A stretch of 64,000 nucleotides of DNA from Deltaproteobacteria bacterium (GTDB lineage Bacteria > Desulfobacterota > GWC2-55-46 > JADFVP01): the NCBI GenBank assembly GCA_029262515.1, contig JAJCZH010000020.1, positions 65,457 to 129,456 on the forward strand, written 5' to 3'. Position 1 is the first letter of the stretch, and every line of letters begins with the position of its first letter. The position numbers and the translations under genes are program-made. Below, piece after piece: positions 1-11,232 of this stretch. The notes beneath the pieces are model-generated. The model was not told where the DNA came from. It worked only from the letters and a program-made list of their open reading frames with translations, and did not search any database.

Positions 1-458
1 CCCCTCTTCATTCTCTCGACCGTATCATCTTCGAAACCGAAACGCGATATCCCGTCGAAGAACTCGTTACCCACCTTGCCGTCAGCCTCCTCTATATAGA
101 GCCTGCCGCCCACCACAACCACAACCTCTCCATCGGGCAGCAGAACAGGTACGGTAAAGAGGTACTGGTTTGTGTGGCATTTATAGACGTGGGACTGGCG
201 AGTTGCGACGGCCTCTGAAACGGCCATCGAATAGAAATCGTTACAGCAGGTACGACCTACGGGGTCGAGCTTGACCCGTTTGCAGACAGAGTTGACCCGG
301 CCAGACTCAACGAGCACTGAGCCCGTCTCATCATACAGGCTCAGTGGAACATCAATCAACGCACCGAGACCGTCTTGAAAGTCACGCCACAGTTCAAGAT
401 TGATACTGCCCTGTCGAACCCTGTTTTTAGGTCTGTTATTCACGGCACCTCTGTTCAT
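1..458 (-). CDS. PocR ligand-binding-domain sensory protein, partial (C-terminus runs off the window edge)
   Basis: Minus-strand ATG at 458 reads MNRGAVNNRPKN...CKRVKLDPVGRTCCNDFYSMAVSEAVATRQSHVYKCHTNQYLFTVPVLLPDGEVVVVVGGRLY. This resembles the PocR sensory domain found in HKs and GGDEFs. The gene is absent from the ORF track because it has no in-window stop. Confidence 0.45.
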   Translation of the reverse strand, partial: MNRGAVNNRPKNRVRQGSINLELWRDFQDGLGALIDVPLSLYDETGSVLVESGRVNSVCKRVKLDPVGRTCCNDFYSMAVSEAVATRQSHVYKCHTNQYLFTVPVLLPDGEVVVVVGGRLYIEEADGKVGNEFFDGISRFGFEDDTVERMKR

Positions 459-504
459 ATCGAGACACTCCCAAGCCTGACATAAAACCGATACTATGTG
501 TAGC

Positions 505-548
505 AAAAAAAAATGCCTCAATACCGCAATTTCGCGATAAAGAGGCAT
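505..548 (-). terminator. Rho-independent terminator downstream of secF
   Basis: Minus-strand hairpin ATGCCTC...GAGGCAT (514-548) is followed by T9 (505-513). Confidence 0.5.
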
Positions 549-838
549 CTTAACCTCGTCTTTTACCGGAACCCGTCATGAGCCCCGTAATAGGTATTCT
601 CAAATGACCCGGAACCTGCGGATACAGTTATGGTTCCGGACATAATATAACCCGATAAGTATTATAGCATATGTCATGTTGAAAAACAATGGTTTTAGCT
701 CTATCAAAAACCTGGAAGAAATAATACAAAACAAAATCAGCCAGTTAGAGCTTACTTAAATGAATGGGGGAACTATTGCCTCGAAACTAAGCCCGAAAAA
801 GGGCTTAGTTGTCCGCACTTTGGTAGAAGGAGAGGAGG

Positions 839-1813
839 TCAGGGCTGCACTGAGCTCGGTTTTACGGCATTCGATATGCCACCGCCCTGTTTTGCGCTCT
901 GTTTGTCTCCCTTTTTGCCATCGCGCTCCCAGAAAAGCAGCACCGGGCTTGCGATAAAGATAGAGGAGTAGGTACCCACAAGAACACCGACAAAGAGCGT
1001 GAAAGCGAAGTCGTAGAGCACTTCGCCGCCAAAGACCAGAAGCGAGGCGAGGGCCATCAAGGTCGTTACAGAGGTAACAACCGTACGGCGCAGCACCTCG
1101 TTGATACTCCTGTTGATCAGGTCGTAGCCCTCCTCCTTCTTCTTGTTCTCGCGATGCAGATTCTCTCTTATACGGTCGAAGACTACGACACTATCGTTAA
1201 TAGAGTATCCGGCAAGCGTTAACAGACCGGTTACTATAAGCAACGTTATCTCTTTATCCAGAATCAGGAGAATACCGAGAACGATAAGGACATCGTGGAA
1301 GGTAGCTATTACGGCAGCGATTCCGAAACGGAACTCAAACCGCCATGCCACATAGAAGAGGATACCGAGAAGCGCCACCCCTATGGCCTTGAGCGCGTCG
1401 GTCTGGAGCTTTTTACCGACAGTCGGCCCGACCTCTGTGGTGGAGTCTACCACGAACGGGTTACCTGGAAGGCCTTGCGTAAATATTTCACCAAGAGATT
1501 TTGAGGTTGCTCTCAGGTTGCCCTCGGCCTTTTTAAGCCTGACGAGCATCTTGTTCGGCTCCGAGAACTGCTGAAGCTGCGCCTCGCCGAATCCGCCTTT
1601 GGAGAGAAGCTTACGCACCTCTTCGATCTTGAGCGGAGACTCAAACCTGTACTGAATGGCTATGCCGCCCGAAAAATCGGTACCCAGATTGGCCCTGCCC
1701 GTGCCTATGGCTACAACAGCCACGAGGCCGATAAGCACCAGTATGGTCGAAATGGTAAACGTTTTCTTCCGTTTACTCAAAAAATCAAAATGTCTGTCAC
1801 CCCAGAGATCCAT
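839..1813 (-). CDS. secF: protein-export membrane protein SecF
   Basis: 324 aa with SecF-like TM topology and conserved GxDFxGG and LxVxHD regions. It directly follows secD. Confidence 0.93.
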   Translation of the reverse strand: MDLWGDRHFDFLSKRKKTFTISTILVLIGLVAVVAIGTGRANLGTDFSGGIAIQYRFESPLKIEEVRKLLSKGGFGEAQLQQFSEPNKMLVRLKKAEGNLRATSKSLGEIFTQGLPGNPFVVDSTTEVGPTVGKKLQTDALKAIGVALLGILFYVAWRFEFRFGIAAVIATFHDVLIVLGILLILDKEITLLIVTGLLTLAGYSINDSVVVFDRIRENLHRENKKKEEGYDLINRSINEVLRRTVVTSVTTLMALASLLVFGGEVLYDFAFTLFVGVLVGTYSSIFIASPVLLFWERDGKKGDKQSAKQGGGISNAVKPSSVQP

Positions 1814-1830
1814 ACGTAATAACTCCTCTG

Positions 1831-3417
1831 CTATATGCTCAACTTCCTGAGCCTGAGCTTATCGTTCTGAATGTCGAAGACCACCTTTGTGCCAACAAGC
1901 GCCGTAAAGAGGTTTATCAAAATACCGAGGCTGAGCGTAACGGCAAAACCTTTTATAGGCCCGGAACCGAACTGAAAGAGCACAAAGGCCGTAATAAGAG
2001 TAGTTACGTTAGAGTCGACAATGGTCCACCACGCCCTCTCGTAACCGGCATTAACTGCTGAGCGCGGCGTACGCCCGCCCCGTAGCTCCTCTTTTATCCG
2101 CTCGAAGATCAGGACGTTGGAGTCAACACCCATTCCGACCGTAAGTATTATTCCCGCTATTCCGGGCAGCGTAAGCGTTGCGTTGAGCCACGCCATTGCG
2201 CCGAGCAGCATAACAATGTTCAAGAGTATGGCGAAGTCGGCAATTACACCGGCGACCCTGTAGTAAACCAGCATAAAGAGCAACACGAGTATAAAACCGA
2301 GCGCAGCGGCCCTGAGGCCCGCCTCTATAGAATCGTGCCCGAGGGTCGGCCCAACCGTCACGTTCTGTATAATCTCCACGGGTGCCGGCAAGGCTCCAGC
2401 GCGAAGCACTATGGCTAAATCGCGAGCGGACTCGTACGTAAAGCTGCCGCTTACCTGCGCCTTGCCTCCGGAGATCGGCTCATTAATATTCGGAGCCGAG
2501 TAGACGTTGCCGTCGAGCACGATAGCGAGCCTCTTGTCGACGTACTTGGTCGTAACGCGTTCAAACGTGCGGGCGCCGTCGGAATCAAAAGTTAATGAAA
2601 CATACGGCTCGTTAAACTGCGAATCGATAGAGACCCTGGCGTCCGAGAGCGAGTCTCCGGTCATCATGACCTCTTTGAAGAGCAGAAATGGCTTTTTCAC
2701 CATCTCGCCGGTAGCCGGGTTCTCTTCCCTCTGAAAGAGCACCTCGGAGCCGAACGGCGCGCCCTGCACAAGCGCCTTCTGCGGGTCCATCGAATCGTCC
2801 ACTATCCTGAACTCCAGAACCGCCGTCTTGCCGATAAGCTCCATTGCGCGCTCAGGATCCTTGAGTCCCGGCAGCTGTATCGCTACCTCGCTGATACCCT
2901 GCTTCTGTATGAGCGGTTCGGCTACGCCGAACTTGTCTATGCGGTTTCTTATGGTTTCCAAGGCCTGGGAGAGTGCCCACGACTTTATCCGCTCAGCCTC
3001 TTCTTCCAGAAGCGTATAGGTAATGGCGCCGTCGGAAAGTTCCGAAGAGGCGAGGCTCGGGAACTCTTTCTCCACAACCTTTTTAACGGCCTCGGCGTTA
3101 TTCGGGTTGAAGACACCGACATCTATGCTGAGAGCGCCGTCCATTCCAACGGACCGGTACGGAACCTTCTCGTTACGAAGCGCCTCCTCTATAGAGCTCT
3201 TCATCCTCTGCACGCGGTTCTCAACGGCCTTGTCCCTGTCTACGTTGAGCACAAGGTGCATTCCGCCCTGAAGATCGAGTCCGAGAGTCATCTTCGGAAT
3301 CGCGTCGTTCCAGACAGATGGCAGTATATTAGAAAATGGCGTGGAGGGCAGAAATAACCCTAGCGCCACAATCGTAAAGGCCGCCAGCATAAGTATACGA
3401 AGCAGTATGCTTTTCAT
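1831..3417 (-). CDS. secD: protein-export membrane protein SecD
   Basis: 528 aa with a large periplasmic domain followed by a 6-TM RND-like region. It sits in a yajC-secD-secF arrangement. Confidence 0.93.
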   Translation of the reverse strand: MKSILLRILMLAAFTIVALGLFLPSTPFSNILPSVWNDAIPKMTLGLDLQGGMHLVLNVDRDKAVENRVQRMKSSIEEALRNEKVPYRSVGMDGALSIDVGVFNPNNAEAVKKVVEKEFPSLASSELSDGAITYTLLEEEAERIKSWALSQALETIRNRIDKFGVAEPLIQKQGISEVAIQLPGLKDPERAMELIGKTAVLEFRIVDDSMDPQKALVQGAPFGSEVLFQREENPATGEMVKKPFLLFKEVMMTGDSLSDARVSIDSQFNEPYVSLTFDSDGARTFERVTTKYVDKRLAIVLDGNVYSAPNINEPISGGKAQVSGSFTYESARDLAIVLRAGALPAPVEIIQNVTVGPTLGHDSIEAGLRAAALGFILVLLFMLVYYRVAGVIADFAILLNIVMLLGAMAWLNATLTLPGIAGIILTVGMGVDSNVLIFERIKEELRGGRTPRSAVNAGYERAWWTIVDSNVTTLITAFVLFQFGSGPIKGFAVTLSLGILINLFTALVGTKVVFDIQNDKLRLRKLSI

Positions 3418-3492
3418 AAATTCTTTTTCTCTTCTTAATAGTCGTACTATCCGCCGGTTACTCCGGCGCCTGACGTCAGAATTCTACTTCTA

Positions 3493-3816
3493 TTAACTGT
3501 CGCCCTGCGTCTTGCGCGCGGTTATCGCGCCCTTTGAGACCTTAACGCGAATCTTATCGGCGATCTCGGCGGTAACGGTATCTTCCTGAACCGCGGTCAC
3601 GCGGCCATGTATACCTCCGCTCGTTACGATATTATCGTTTACGGCAACCTTGGTCAGCATCTCCTTATGATCCTTGCTCCTCTTCTGCTGCGGACGGATA
3701 AGAAGAAAGTAAAAGATAACGAAGAGAAAAACCAACGGGGCAAAGCTCATTATGCCGGAAGGTCCGGCCGGGGCCGCATCCGCGGCGTACGCTACTGCTA
3801 CTGGAAAGAATAACAC
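3493..3816 (-). CDS. yajC: preprotein translocase subunit YajC
   Basis: 107 aa with a single TM followed by IRPQQKR and a typical YajC motif. It lies between tgt and secD. Confidence 0.9.
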   Translation of the reverse strand: MLFFPVAVAYAADAAPAGPSGIMSFAPLVFLFVIFYFLLIRPQQKRSKDHKEMLTKVAVNDNIVTSGGIHGRVTAVQEDTVTAEIADKIRVKVSKGAITARKTQGDS

Positions 3817-3986
3817 CTCTTAATACCTCCTAATACTCTGTTTTAATTTAGATAAAAGCATAAATGTCTAAAATCTGTTCAATGCGTCTAATGCGTCTGT
3901 CTGATGACACCGCAATTTCACGGCAAAGACGCGTGTTGATTCTATAAAATGTCCGGACTTTGATACCGGCCTTGAGTCTGCCTCGA

Positions 3987-5126
<1,140 letters not shown>

Positions 5127-5338
5127 TCAAATAGGCAGAATATACGAAAATACGGCAAAAAACGACTTAAATCGGGTATAAAATGGCTTTTTTTAGCAAA
5201 AACTGCTCTACCCCTGCAGGGCAAAAAGAGTTGAAACCAAAATACGGAATTGGCCTGTTTTGGCCATTTTCTGGCTGTTTTATTCTATTTTTAAGCCTTT
5301 TTTAGGTTTTTTCAGAAACTGTAACTTTTCAGTCAATC

Positions 5339-6439
5339 TCAGCATATGAACATGGCGTCGCCGTAAGAGTAGAAGCGGTACCCCTCTTTCACCGCCTCTT
5401 CGTACGCATTGAGTATAAACTCTCTGGTGGCAAAGGCCGAAACGAGCATAATAAGGGTCGAGCACGGCAGGTGAAAATTGGTCATCAGGGCATCGACCAC
5501 CTTAAACTCATAACCGGGATAGATGAAGATCGCAGTCGTGCCTTCAATACCCGAACCCTCTGTTACGGCTTGAGCTCCAGCCCCTTCGAATCCGCCACAA
5601 GCTGTCCACGCGCCCTCAATAGCCCTTGTGGTCGTGGTGCCTACCGCCACCACGCGCCCGCCTTCGGCTTTAGTCCTTTTTATCGCCTCTATAACGTCGG
5701 CGCCAATCGAGTACCTCTCGCTAAGCATCGTATGCTTCTCTATGCTATCTACCCTGACCGGCAGGAAAGTACCGGGGCCGACATGGAGCGTAATATACTT
5801 TACCTCTACTCCGGCAGCCGAAATCTCTCCTATCAGCTCAGGCGTAAAGTGCAGACCCGCTGTCGGGGCGGCAACCGCTCCATCGCTCTTTGCAAAGACG
5901 GTCTGGTACCGCTCGGAATCCTCTGCTCCGGGGCTCCTCTTTATATATGGTGGAAGCGGTATCTCGCCGAGCACTTCAGGAGCGCTCTCGCCTTCGGCCA
6001 GACCCGAAAACCGGACCAGGCGGCTGCCGTCGGCTTCTATTCCAGTGACCGCAGCTCTAACCCCGTTATCGAAGAGAATCTTAGCACCGATTCGCAAATC
6101 CTTTGAAGGCCTCGCCATACACCTCCAGCGCTCTTCGCAGGGCAAGAACCGTTCGCCTTCCGTAGACGAGTTTTCTTGCAAAACTCTTTCTATCAACAGA
6201 AGCTCCACTGCCCCGCCAGTCGGCTTTTTGCCCTTCAGGCGCGCGGGAATTACGCGCGTATCGTTTAAAAGAAGCAGGTCTCCCGGTTTGAGACAGCTCT
6301 TGAAATCTTTAAAACCCTTATGGTTTATAGACCCTGTACTCTTATCTAAAAGCAGCAGGCGCGACCCCGTGCGCTCAGGGGCCGGGTAGAGCGCAATAGA
6401 CTCTTCGGGCAGGTGAAAATCAAAATCACTCAGTTGCAT
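5339..6439 (-). CDS. queA: S-adenosylmethionine:tRNA ribosyltransferase-isomerase
   Basis: 366 aa with a QueA N-terminus (FDFxLPEELIAxxP) and conserved synteny with tgt. Confidence 0.92.
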   Translation of the reverse strand: MQLSDFDFHLPEESIALYPAPERTGSRLLLLDKSTGSINHKGFKDFKSCLKPGDLLLLNDTRVIPARLKGKKPTGGAVELLLIERVLQENSSTEGERFLPCEERWRCMARPSKDLRIGAKILFDNGVRAAVTGIEADGSRLVRFSGLAEGESAPEVLGEIPLPPYIKRSPGAEDSERYQTVFAKSDGAVAAPTAGLHFTPELIGEISAAGVEVKYITLHVGPGTFLPVRVDSIEKHTMLSERYSIGADVIEAIKRTKAEGGRVVAVGTTTTRAIEGAWTACGGFEGAGAQAVTEGSGIEGTTAIFIYPGYEFKVVDALMTNFHLPCSTLIMLVSAFATREFILNAYEEAVKEGYRFYSYGDAMFIC

Positions 6440-6489
6440 GTTAAAAGGTTACTCCGAAGTATTACAAAGAGAGTTTTTCAAGAAGGGGC

Positions 6490-7887
6490 TCAATCGACGC
6501 GGCTGAGCCTGGTACCGGGGTAGTAATGGCGCAGAATTTCCTTGTACGTATAACCGTTTGCGGCCATACCCTTTGCGCCCCACTGCGACATACCGACGCC
6601 GTGGCCGAGTCCCTTACCGGTAAAGAAGAAGAGGTTGCCGTTGCGCGAAACCTCGAAGTTAGTGGACTTTATATGGTCGTAACCGATCGCCTCGCGAAAC
6701 TCCTTGCCGCTGAGCGTAACAATCTCGTCAGAGCCCTCGATATCCAACTTGTGGACCCTGTTCGACCGCGTTCTCTCGGTTACCGTAACACTCTCCGGCC
6801 TCCCGACCTTGAACCCGGCGCGTTTTAAGCGCGACGCAAGCTTTTCAGGCGTTATCGGGTACTGCCACGAGTAACCCGGAGCCCCCTTGTCGTACGGGCT
6901 CTTAACCGAACGGAGGTACGGGTAACCGGTGGTCCATACATTGCCCGAAGACTCGGTCATGCCTCCTGCATTCGAGTGGTAGACCGTAAGCGCGATCTTG
7001 CCCCTGTATGTAAGCACCGTGCCGCGAGTCTCCTTTACCGCGCGCAACGCAAGGTTGTCCTCGGCGTTCACGCCCTTGTAGACCTGTCCCAGCACAGAGC
7101 CGTCCAAATCGTAACGCTCGTCGAGGCCCTTGCCACCCGTGCGCTCTTTTTCATGAAGCGCATAGGTGCGCGCTATAATAGCCTGCGCCTTAACGGCCGC
7201 CTCGGGCCACTTCGACGATATCTCGTGGTTGATCAGCCCTACTATGTACGGTTCGATGTAGAGCTCGTTGACCGCCATAAGGCCGACTTCACCGGCATAT
7301 ATATCTACTACGCCACGGTACGGCCTGCCGTTTAAGTAGATGAACTCCTTGACCGGGGTCAGGCGTATCGGAAGGTCAACCACCTTACGCTTGACCTTTG
7401 CCTGCGTATCACTGACACGGGTTATATTGACGCCGCTGCCGGTGCCCTCTGCGCCGTTCACCCGTATGGTCTTCCTGCCGTTCACAACCAGCACGCGAAG
7501 CTTCTCTCCGCCTTCGAGTTCCGCAAGTGCGTTACGGTCCGGTCTGACTCTGACCGGGGGCACCTTGGCAAGCCGTTCCCGCTCGCCCTTTATTCTCCGG
7601 GCGGCCTCCTGCTCAGCTTTTTTCTCCGCTTCGCTCTCGGCTATCTTCTCTGCTATCTTCTCGCCGATGAGATCTCGTCCGGGCTCAGCCAGCTTGCCAA
7701 AGACAACAGGTTCGTCTTCTTCGGTAAACTCCGGGGCAGTCTCGTCAATAGCCTCAGCCACATCAAGCTCGTGGGCCGAATCTGTTGCGACCTCTGTAGT
7801 GGCGCAGCCGTAAAGAAAGAGAGCGGCCACCACTACAGAAAAGAACCGTAACGGAATTAATTTTCTTATCTCATCTATTCCAACCAT
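6490..7887 (-). CDS. SpoIID/LytB domain lipoprotein
   Basis: 465 aa with a lipobox (LYGCAT), a low-complexity E/K/A linker and a C-terminal SpoIID/LytB domain (YHSNAGGMTE, GHGVGMSQWGA). Confidence 0.8.
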   Translation of the reverse strand: MVGIDEIRKLIPLRFFSVVVAALFLYGCATTEVATDSAHELDVAEAIDETAPEFTEEDEPVVFGKLAEPGRDLIGEKIAEKIAESEAEKKAEQEAARRIKGERERLAKVPPVRVRPDRNALAELEGGEKLRVLVVNGRKTIRVNGAEGTGSGVNITRVSDTQAKVKRKVVDLPIRLTPVKEFIYLNGRPYRGVVDIYAGEVGLMAVNELYIEPYIVGLINHEISSKWPEAAVKAQAIIARTYALHEKERTGGKGLDERYDLDGSVLGQVYKGVNAEDNLALRAVKETRGTVLTYRGKIALTVYHSNAGGMTESSGNVWTTGYPYLRSVKSPYDKGAPGYSWQYPITPEKLASRLKRAGFKVGRPESVTVTERTRSNRVHKLDIEGSDEIVTLSGKEFREAIGYDHIKSTNFEVSRNGNLFFFTGKGLGHGVGMSQWGAKGMAANGYTYKEILRHYYPGTRLSRVD

Positions 7888-7966
7888 ATACCCACTCTTC
7901 TACTTTTCCATACACTCTAAACAGAAGCCACCACCGGCCACAACCGCTAACCGTTACAAAGTATTA

Positions 7967-8155
7967 CTAAAGATACCTGGTTATGTAGAGCAACACAAGG
8001 CCTAGAGTCACGCAAACGAAACCGAGCCGCCTGAGCGTAGACTCAGGAACCTCCTGAAGCATCAACGCCCAGAGCTTCGCCTTTTTCGGAAAAGCGAAGT
8101 ACGGCAACCCCTCTATAACGAGCAGGGCGCCCAGTATTAAAAGAACAATTCCCAA
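7967..8155 (-). CDS. DUF2065-family small membrane protein
   Basis: 62 aa with two TM helices and the pattern LGALLVIEGLPYFAFP. Confidence 0.55.
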   Translation of the reverse strand: MGIVLLILGALLVIEGLPYFAFPKKAKLWALMLQEVPESTLRRLGFVCVTLGLVLLYITRYL

Positions 8156-8276
8156 GTATCTTTATAGTAGACGAAACGTATACGCGCCCAAATGCCCGGA
8201 CACGCTGTACTGATTTAAATATACTCAATGCCGCATTGTAATACAACCTGCCACAGAGTACAACCTGCCACGGAGT

Positions 8277-8648
8277 TTAACGCGCCGAACAGTTACAGAG
8301 CTTTCTGATATAGGAGACCAGCTCTGTTACCTCTGCATCGGTCAGCGTTTTACCGAAAGGCGGCATGAGGGTGCTCTTGGAGGTGGCAATGCCCCCGTCC
8401 TTTATAACATAACTGATATCTTCGTCGGTCAATTTGCCCATCTCGTACGCGCTCGTATGGTCTCGCGGCTCCACCGGCTGGTTCTTCGTGGCATTTGGGC
8501 CGTCTCCGTAACCTTCAAGGCCGTGGCACTGCGCGCAGTAAAACCTGTAGTTATCCGGCGCGCTCGCGGCCCCGGCAACACAAGCGCCTGCCACCAACAG
8601 AGTCAGCGCTGTAGAAATCATAACGGTTATAAAAAGAGATCTAGCCAT
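8277..8648 (-). CDS. class I c-type cytochrome (monoheme)
   Basis: 123 aa with a signal peptide, one CAQCH motif and a distal MPPFG Met-ligand motif. Confidence 0.8.
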   Translation of the reverse strand: MARSLFITVMISTALTLLVAGACVAGAASAPDNYRFYCAQCHGLEGYGDGPNATKNQPVEPRDHTSAYEMGKLTDEDISYVIKDGGIATSKSTLMPPFGKTLTDAEVTELVSYIRKLCNCSAR

Positions 8649-8683
8649 AATTCTACCTATTCCGGTAACAGAAGCAAATAACT

Positions 8684-9355
8684 TTAAAAAGTTGATATGT
8701 ACGCGGCAAGGGCCGCCATGTCGGTATTAGAGAGTATGCCCGCATAGATCGGCATATCCTTTACCGGCTTGAAGGCCGTGGAGTTCGTCATGTAGGCGTA
8801 GATCCAGTCGGGGTTGAGTCTTTTGCCTGCGCCTATGAGGCTCGGCCCTGTCAGGCCTCCGACAACACGCCCCCTTCGTGAAAGCACCTGGTGGCAGCCG
8901 TAACAAGACTGCGACTTGGAGAATATGATCCTTCCCTTCCTGTCTACCGCGGGCTGTATGCCTACCGGCTTAACGGCGCCAGAACGGAGCGACTCGAGGT
9001 AAGTTGCAACGTCTGCGGCATCAGCGGAATTCAGCTTGATGTGATCCCCTCTGTTCTTCTCGGTTATCGAGTAGTACTCCATGGGGCGGATCACCTCCGG
9101 GTTCTTCAGCCAGACCTCTATAAACCCGGCCTTGAACTTGCTTCCGGCATACCAGAGTTCCGGGCCCTTGCGCTTCATCTGGTCCGCTATCGTCTTTTCC
9201 CGTGCCGGACCCTCTATCTGGTGACAGGCAATACACTTGTTCTTTTTGAAAATCTTCTTGCCGGACTCTGAAGAACCGGCAAAAGTGGGTGTGGCGGCGT
9301 AGAACAAAAAGAGTATTGCCAACACGACAGAAAAAATTGTTACGAAGCTTTTCAT
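8684..9355 (-). CDS. diheme class I c-type cytochrome (c4-like)
   Basis: 223 aa with a signal peptide and two CxxCH motifs (CIACHQ, CYGCHQ), each followed by a Met-containing ligand loop. Confidence 0.8.
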   Translation of the reverse strand: MKSFVTIFSVVLAILFLFYAATPTFAGSSESGKKIFKKNKCIACHQIEGPAREKTIADQMKRKGPELWYAGSKFKAGFIEVWLKNPEVIRPMEYYSITEKNRGDHIKLNSADAADVATYLESLRSGAVKPVGIQPAVDRKGRIIFSKSQSCYGCHQVLSRRGRVVGGLTGPSLIGAGKRLNPDWIYAYMTNSTAFKPVKDMPIYAGILSNTDMAALAAYISTF

Positions 9356-9525
9356 GCACCGACCTTTTATTGTTTAAATTTTCTATTGCAAGTCAAACCG
9401 GGCGGGTTGATCCATATTATCTGCCGACCGGTAAAGTGTCAAGGAATTTACGTTGTTATGGCCCTTAACCTAGAAGTAAATAGTAACACGCTGCCATTAA
9501 TAGATAATTAAAATCGAATTAGCTT

Positions 9526-10362
9526 TTAAACCGCACGAGACCGCTTCAGTACGGAACTCAATCCGAAGGCGATACCCAAAACCACGACTATCGTGGCGCC
9601 GGATGCGAGATCGAAAAAGTAAGAGAGACAGAGGCCCGTTATCGTCATAACAGTACCCGTTACCACGGACAAGAGCATCAGGGATCTAAAACCGGTAACA
9701 TACATCCTGCTGACCGCCACCGGTATCGTCAGCAGCGCAATTACGAGGATAATACCTACTACTCGTATCAGGACCACAACGCTGAGAGCCACGAGGCACA
9801 ACATCAGCATGTAGAGCAACCGTGTCGGCATGCCGGCGACGGTTGCGAACTCCTCGTCAAAGCAGAGCGCATAGAACTCGCGGTAGAAGATAACTACCGT
9901 AGCGATTATCACAAAGTCGAGCACGAGCATTACGACTAAGTCGGAGTTCGGCACGGTTAAGATATTACCGAAGAGGTAACTGAAGAGGTCGGGCGCGTAA
10001 CCGGGGCTCAGGTTGATGAATATAATGCCGAGCGCCATGCCCACGGTCCAGAGTATGCCGATAGCGGTATCTTCGCTAACAACAGTCTTTCTGCTTATAA
10101 CACCTATACCTATTGCGGCGAACAGACTAAAGGGTATCGCCACGAGTATGGGACTCAAGCCGAGCAGGTAACCGAGCCCTATGCCGCCGAAGGCGGTGTG
10201 CGAGATTCCGCCGGAGATAAAGACTATGCGTTTGGTCACGACATAGGTGCCTACTATGCCGCAGGCGATGCTTACCAGCACCGCCGCCACAAAGGCGTTC
10301 TGCATAAAGTCGTATTGGAGTATCTCGAACATCTTATTTTCTACCCTCTTCGCTTGAGCCAT
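9526..10362 (-). CDS. znuB: zinc/manganese ABC transporter permease (ZnuB-like)
   Basis: 278 aa with 8 TM helices. It belongs to the ABC-3 permease family and overlaps the znuC end. Confidence 0.85.
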   Translation of the reverse strand: MAQAKRVENKMFEILQYDFMQNAFVAAVLVSIACGIVGTYVVTKRIVFISGGISHTAFGGIGLGYLLGLSPILVAIPFSLFAAIGIGVISRKTVVSEDTAIGILWTVGMALGIIFINLSPGYAPDLFSYLFGNILTVPNSDLVVMLVLDFVIIATVVIFYREFYALCFDEEFATVAGMPTRLLYMLMLCLVALSVVVLIRVVGIILVIALLTIPVAVSRMYVTGFRSLMLLSVVTGTVMTITGLCLSYFFDLASGATIVVVLGIAFGLSSVLKRSRAV

Positions 10363-11173
10363 GCGTGCAGCACTCGGGCTTATCGCCCTTGCTGAAGTCG
10401 GTGCCGTGCTCGGAGAAGACCCTGTGCGGTACGCCGTGCGAGATTATGTCAACGGGACAGCTATAGAGTTCGTCGAGGTTGTCTATGCCCTCGGGACTGC
10501 CGTGATAGAAGAGCGTTCTGTTTACGCACGCAACCGTATCGACATGCACGGAAATCGCGCCTACGTCGTGGGTAACGAGCAGTATGGCCATCCTCTGTTT
10601 TAGTTCGGCCAGCAGTTCGTAGAAGGACTTCTGCATCTCAGGGTCCACCGAAGCCGTCGGCTCGTCCAGCAGCAAAAGCGCGGGCTCCTTTACTATTGCG
10701 CGCGCAAGAAATACCCTCTGCGCCTGTCCGCCGGAGAGAGTACCCACCTGTGAATTTCGCTGTTCGTACATTCCGACACGCTCTAATGCCGCTTCGGCGC
10801 TCTGCCTGTCCTCGGCCCTGTACGCCTTTAATAGCCCTCGGTACCGGCCCATCAGAACGGCATCGAAGACGTTTATCGGAAAGGCCGGGTCGAACCGGCG
10901 CTTCTGCGGCAGGTAACCGACATCCCTGCGCCCCTCCTTCGGCGGCCTGCCTAAAACCTCTATACTTCCGCTAACAGGTTTCAGAAGCCCGAGCAGGGCC
11001 TTTAAGATAGTCGTCTTCCCGGATCCGTTCGGCCCGATTACGGCGAGCAGCTCGTTCGGGGCGACGCTGAGCGTAATATCTTCCAGCACCGGTTCATTGG
11101 TGTACGAAAGCGTTACCTTGCTCATCTTTACGACAGCCTCGTTTTGCAAGCCGGTCTCTGTTTTACTCTCCAT
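10334..11173 (-). CDS. znuC: metal ABC transporter ATP-binding protein (ZnuC-like)
   Basis: Walker A motif GPNGSGKTT plus the LSGGQ signature. It has a C-terminal His/Cys-rich tail. Confidence 0.88.
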   Translation of the reverse strand: MESKTETGLQNEAVVKMSKVTLSYTNEPVLEDITLSVAPNELLAVIGPNGSGKTTILKALLGLLKPVSGSIEVLGRPPKEGRRDVGYLPQKRRFDPAFPINVFDAVLMGRYRGLLKAYRAEDRQSAEAALERVGMYEQRNSQVGTLSGGQAQRVFLARAIVKEPALLLLDEPTASVDPEMQKSFYELLAELKQRMAILLVTHDVGAISVHVDTVACVNRTLFYHGSPEGIDNLDELYSCPVDIISHGVPHRVFSEHGTDFSKGDKPECCTHGSSEEGRK

Positions 11174-11232
11174 ACCAATACCCTGCCGGCGGCAATCCCT
11201 ACCGGCCTCTATAATTAAAAAAACTCCAACCT

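Noticed and set aside
5628-6389. 253-aa plus-strand ORF, and similar long antisense ORFs at 22091-22756, 40064-41005, 42571-43338, 14527-15165 and 7340-7813
   Set aside because: All lie antisense to strongly supported conserved genes. Their Ser/Arg/Pro/Ala-rich composition is typical of non-coding frames in GC-rich DNA.
8043-8246. 67-aa minus-strand ORF
   Set aside because: It overlaps the better-supported DUF2065 gene in another frame and has no recognisable features.
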